Shown here: positions 62,786 to 64,000 of the stretch, piece after piece | Numbering within the stretch: position 1 is the stretch's first letter | Layout of the letters: every line of letters begins with the position of its first letter | Assembly: GCA_907165135.1 (NCBI GenBank) | Contig: OU015566.1 | Coordinates: forward strand, 8,184,001 to 8,248,000 | DNA: 64,000 bases | Direction of reading: 5' to 3' | Origin: Oikopleura dioica | Lineage: Eukaryota > Animalia > Chordata | Made by a program: the position numbers and the translations under genes | Notes under the pieces: generated by a model | Seen by the model: the letters and a program-made list of their open reading frames with translations, nothing else | What the model was told of the DNA's origin: nothing | The model's database searches: none

Positions 62786-64000
62786 ATGTCATCATTTATC
62801 AATTCTTATGGCAAGCGACATCAAGATTTCAAGTCCTTGGATACTCTTGCAAGTAAATTGCACAGGACCAGGCAAACGCTGCATTTCTTAGACAACTGCG
62901 TTTCTGATCAAGTACTTCCAATTTTTACCAAAATCCCAATTCAGGTGGTAAAATTTTGTAAATGGGGTCGAAATAAAATTAAGCGGGAACGATTAAAAAT
63001 TTTAATTAATGAACAAAAAATCTGTAGTTACAAACTCGAGGAAATTCGAATATTATTCAATGAAAGTCTATCCAAATTTTTTGAGAAAGAAGGTATTGGT
63101 TGTGAAAAAGAAAAAATGATAATAATTTTAGATTTAGAAAATCGTGCGAGAATCCGAGATGAGGAACGCGACAGAAAAAGACAATTAAAATTCGGCAAAT
63201 TGAAAATTCAACAATCATTTCGGAAACCACTTAAATATGAAGTAAAAAATTTTTCAAAAAAACAAATTCCTACTAATATAATAAACATTCTAGAAAGAGG
63301 TTGGAAGGCCCCTCTTGGGGGGCGACCGCACTCGATAAATTTGCTCCAACAATTTGATAGCCTGATGGGCCATATAAAAAAATATGATCAATTTCAACAA
63401 CTCACACCAATGACTCAATTTCATTTAAAAGGCAGATTGACTTCGATTCACGAAAAATTAACTACTTGTTTCGGTAATGACAATAGTAACAGGATGATAA
63501 GACAGTATTTACGGGAAAACAGGGAAACTGTGTTTGTTTTATCGGACAAAGACTCAGTTATTTTAATTTTGGACCGTTCTCAATACGAGAATTCTATGCA
63601 TCGAGAATTTTCAGATGAGACAAAATTTATTCAATTAAATTCCGATCCAACTGAGGAGGACACTTTGGAAATGAGGCAAAATTTACGCAAAATGGAAAAA
63701 TTTGCGGACAAGAATTTTTTCAATAGAAATAAACCGGTTTCGAGGATAAAAGACGCATATGGACTTGGCAAATGCCATAAAGAAACTTTCGAGCAGGAGC
63801 TTAATATGAGAACTATAGTTTCAGCAAGAAATTCTGTTTGTGAAAATTTTCATAAAAATTTTTTGGCAAAATTATTAAATAATCTCAAAAGCAAATTCTC
63901 ACTTCGTGGGTCTAAAGAATTCGGCTTATGGTTTAAAGAGCAAAAATTCAATTTTGATGAAGTTGATTTTGCAAGTTTTGATATAGTAAAACTCTACCCA
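62786..64000 (+). CDS. Penelope-like reverse transcriptase ORF (partial, runs off the window)
   Basis: Open frame from ATG 62786 (MSSFINSYGKRHQDF..LHFLDNCVSDQVLPIF) with VFVLSDKDSVILILDRSQYENSM, FIQLNSDPT, YGLGKCHK..MRTIVS and FASFDIVKLYP (RT motif A). Not in the ORF track because no stop is reached. Confidence 0.88.
   Translation, partial: MSSFINSYGKRHQDFKSLDTLASKLHRTRQTLHFLDNCVSDQVLPIFTKIPIQVVKFCKWGRNKIKRERLKILINEQKICSYKLEEIRILFNESLSKFFEKEGIGCEKEKMIIILDLENRARIRDEERDRKRQLKFGKLKIQQSFRKPLKYEVKNFSKKQIPTNIINILERGWKAPLGGRPHSINLLQQFDSLMGHIKKYDQFQQLTPMTQFHLKGRLTSIHEKLTTCFGNDNSNRMIRQYLRENRETVFVLSDKDSVILILDRSQYENSMHREFSDETKFIQLNSDPTEEDTLEMRQNLRKMEKFADKNFFNRNKPVSRIKDAYGLGKCHKETFEQELNMRTIVSARNSVCENFHKNFLAKLLNNLKSKFSLRGSKEFGLWFKEQKFNFDEVDFASFDIVKLYP

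Larger units (their letters stand above)
62311..62802. repeat. Long inverted repeat (arms 62311-62549 and 62565-62802, 15-nt spacer)
   Basis: The arms are reverse complements apart from a 1-nt homopolymer difference; spacer TCAGAGGCTCCTACT. Confidence 0.95.
62311..64000 (+). mobile_element. Penelope-like retroelement, 5' part with inverted 5' repeat
   Basis: The open RT frame runs to the window end, preceded by a ~240-bp inverted repeat that contains hammerhead motifs. Confidence 0.85.

Noticed and set aside
1-64000. tRNA, rRNA, snRNA or spliced-leader RNA genes
   Set aside because: None recognised by eye; tRNAscan-SE or Infernal would be needed to exclude them.

Overview
Compact, intron-rich animal genomic DNA. 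Very short introns (about 40-80 nt) and several GA-AG/GG-AG/GC-AG introns that are needed to restore conserved reading frames point to the larvacean tunicate Oikopleura (inference). The left half is gene-dense: a secreted astacin-CUB-MAM-TSP1-FN3 mosaic protease (minus, runs off the window), an M14B carboxypeptidase (plus), and then a minus-strand run of CCDC170, an unusual XK-related multi-pass protein apparently fused to an extracellular C-type-lectin-like/kringle tail, separase, and an intron-containing diaminopimelate decarboxylase (lysA-like). The middle holds small hypothetical genes and a LARP6-like gene with RRM and SUZ-C motifs but no visible La motif. The right third is repeat-rich: a 638-bp foldback MITE; a non-autonomous hAT element (8-bp TSD) carrying about 50 copies of a 56-bp hairpin unit; a second, diverged 56-bp array with the same G-quadruplex plus TGATCA-hairpin leader inside an old long-TIR element; the 3' exons of a GAD/CSAD-like decarboxylase; and the 5' end of a Penelope-like retroelement whose inverted 5' repeat places a minimal hammerhead ribozyme on each strand. 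Gene models were assembled by eye from the ORF track and splice signals, so exon boundaries are approximate. Family calls rest on recalled motifs, not on database searches.
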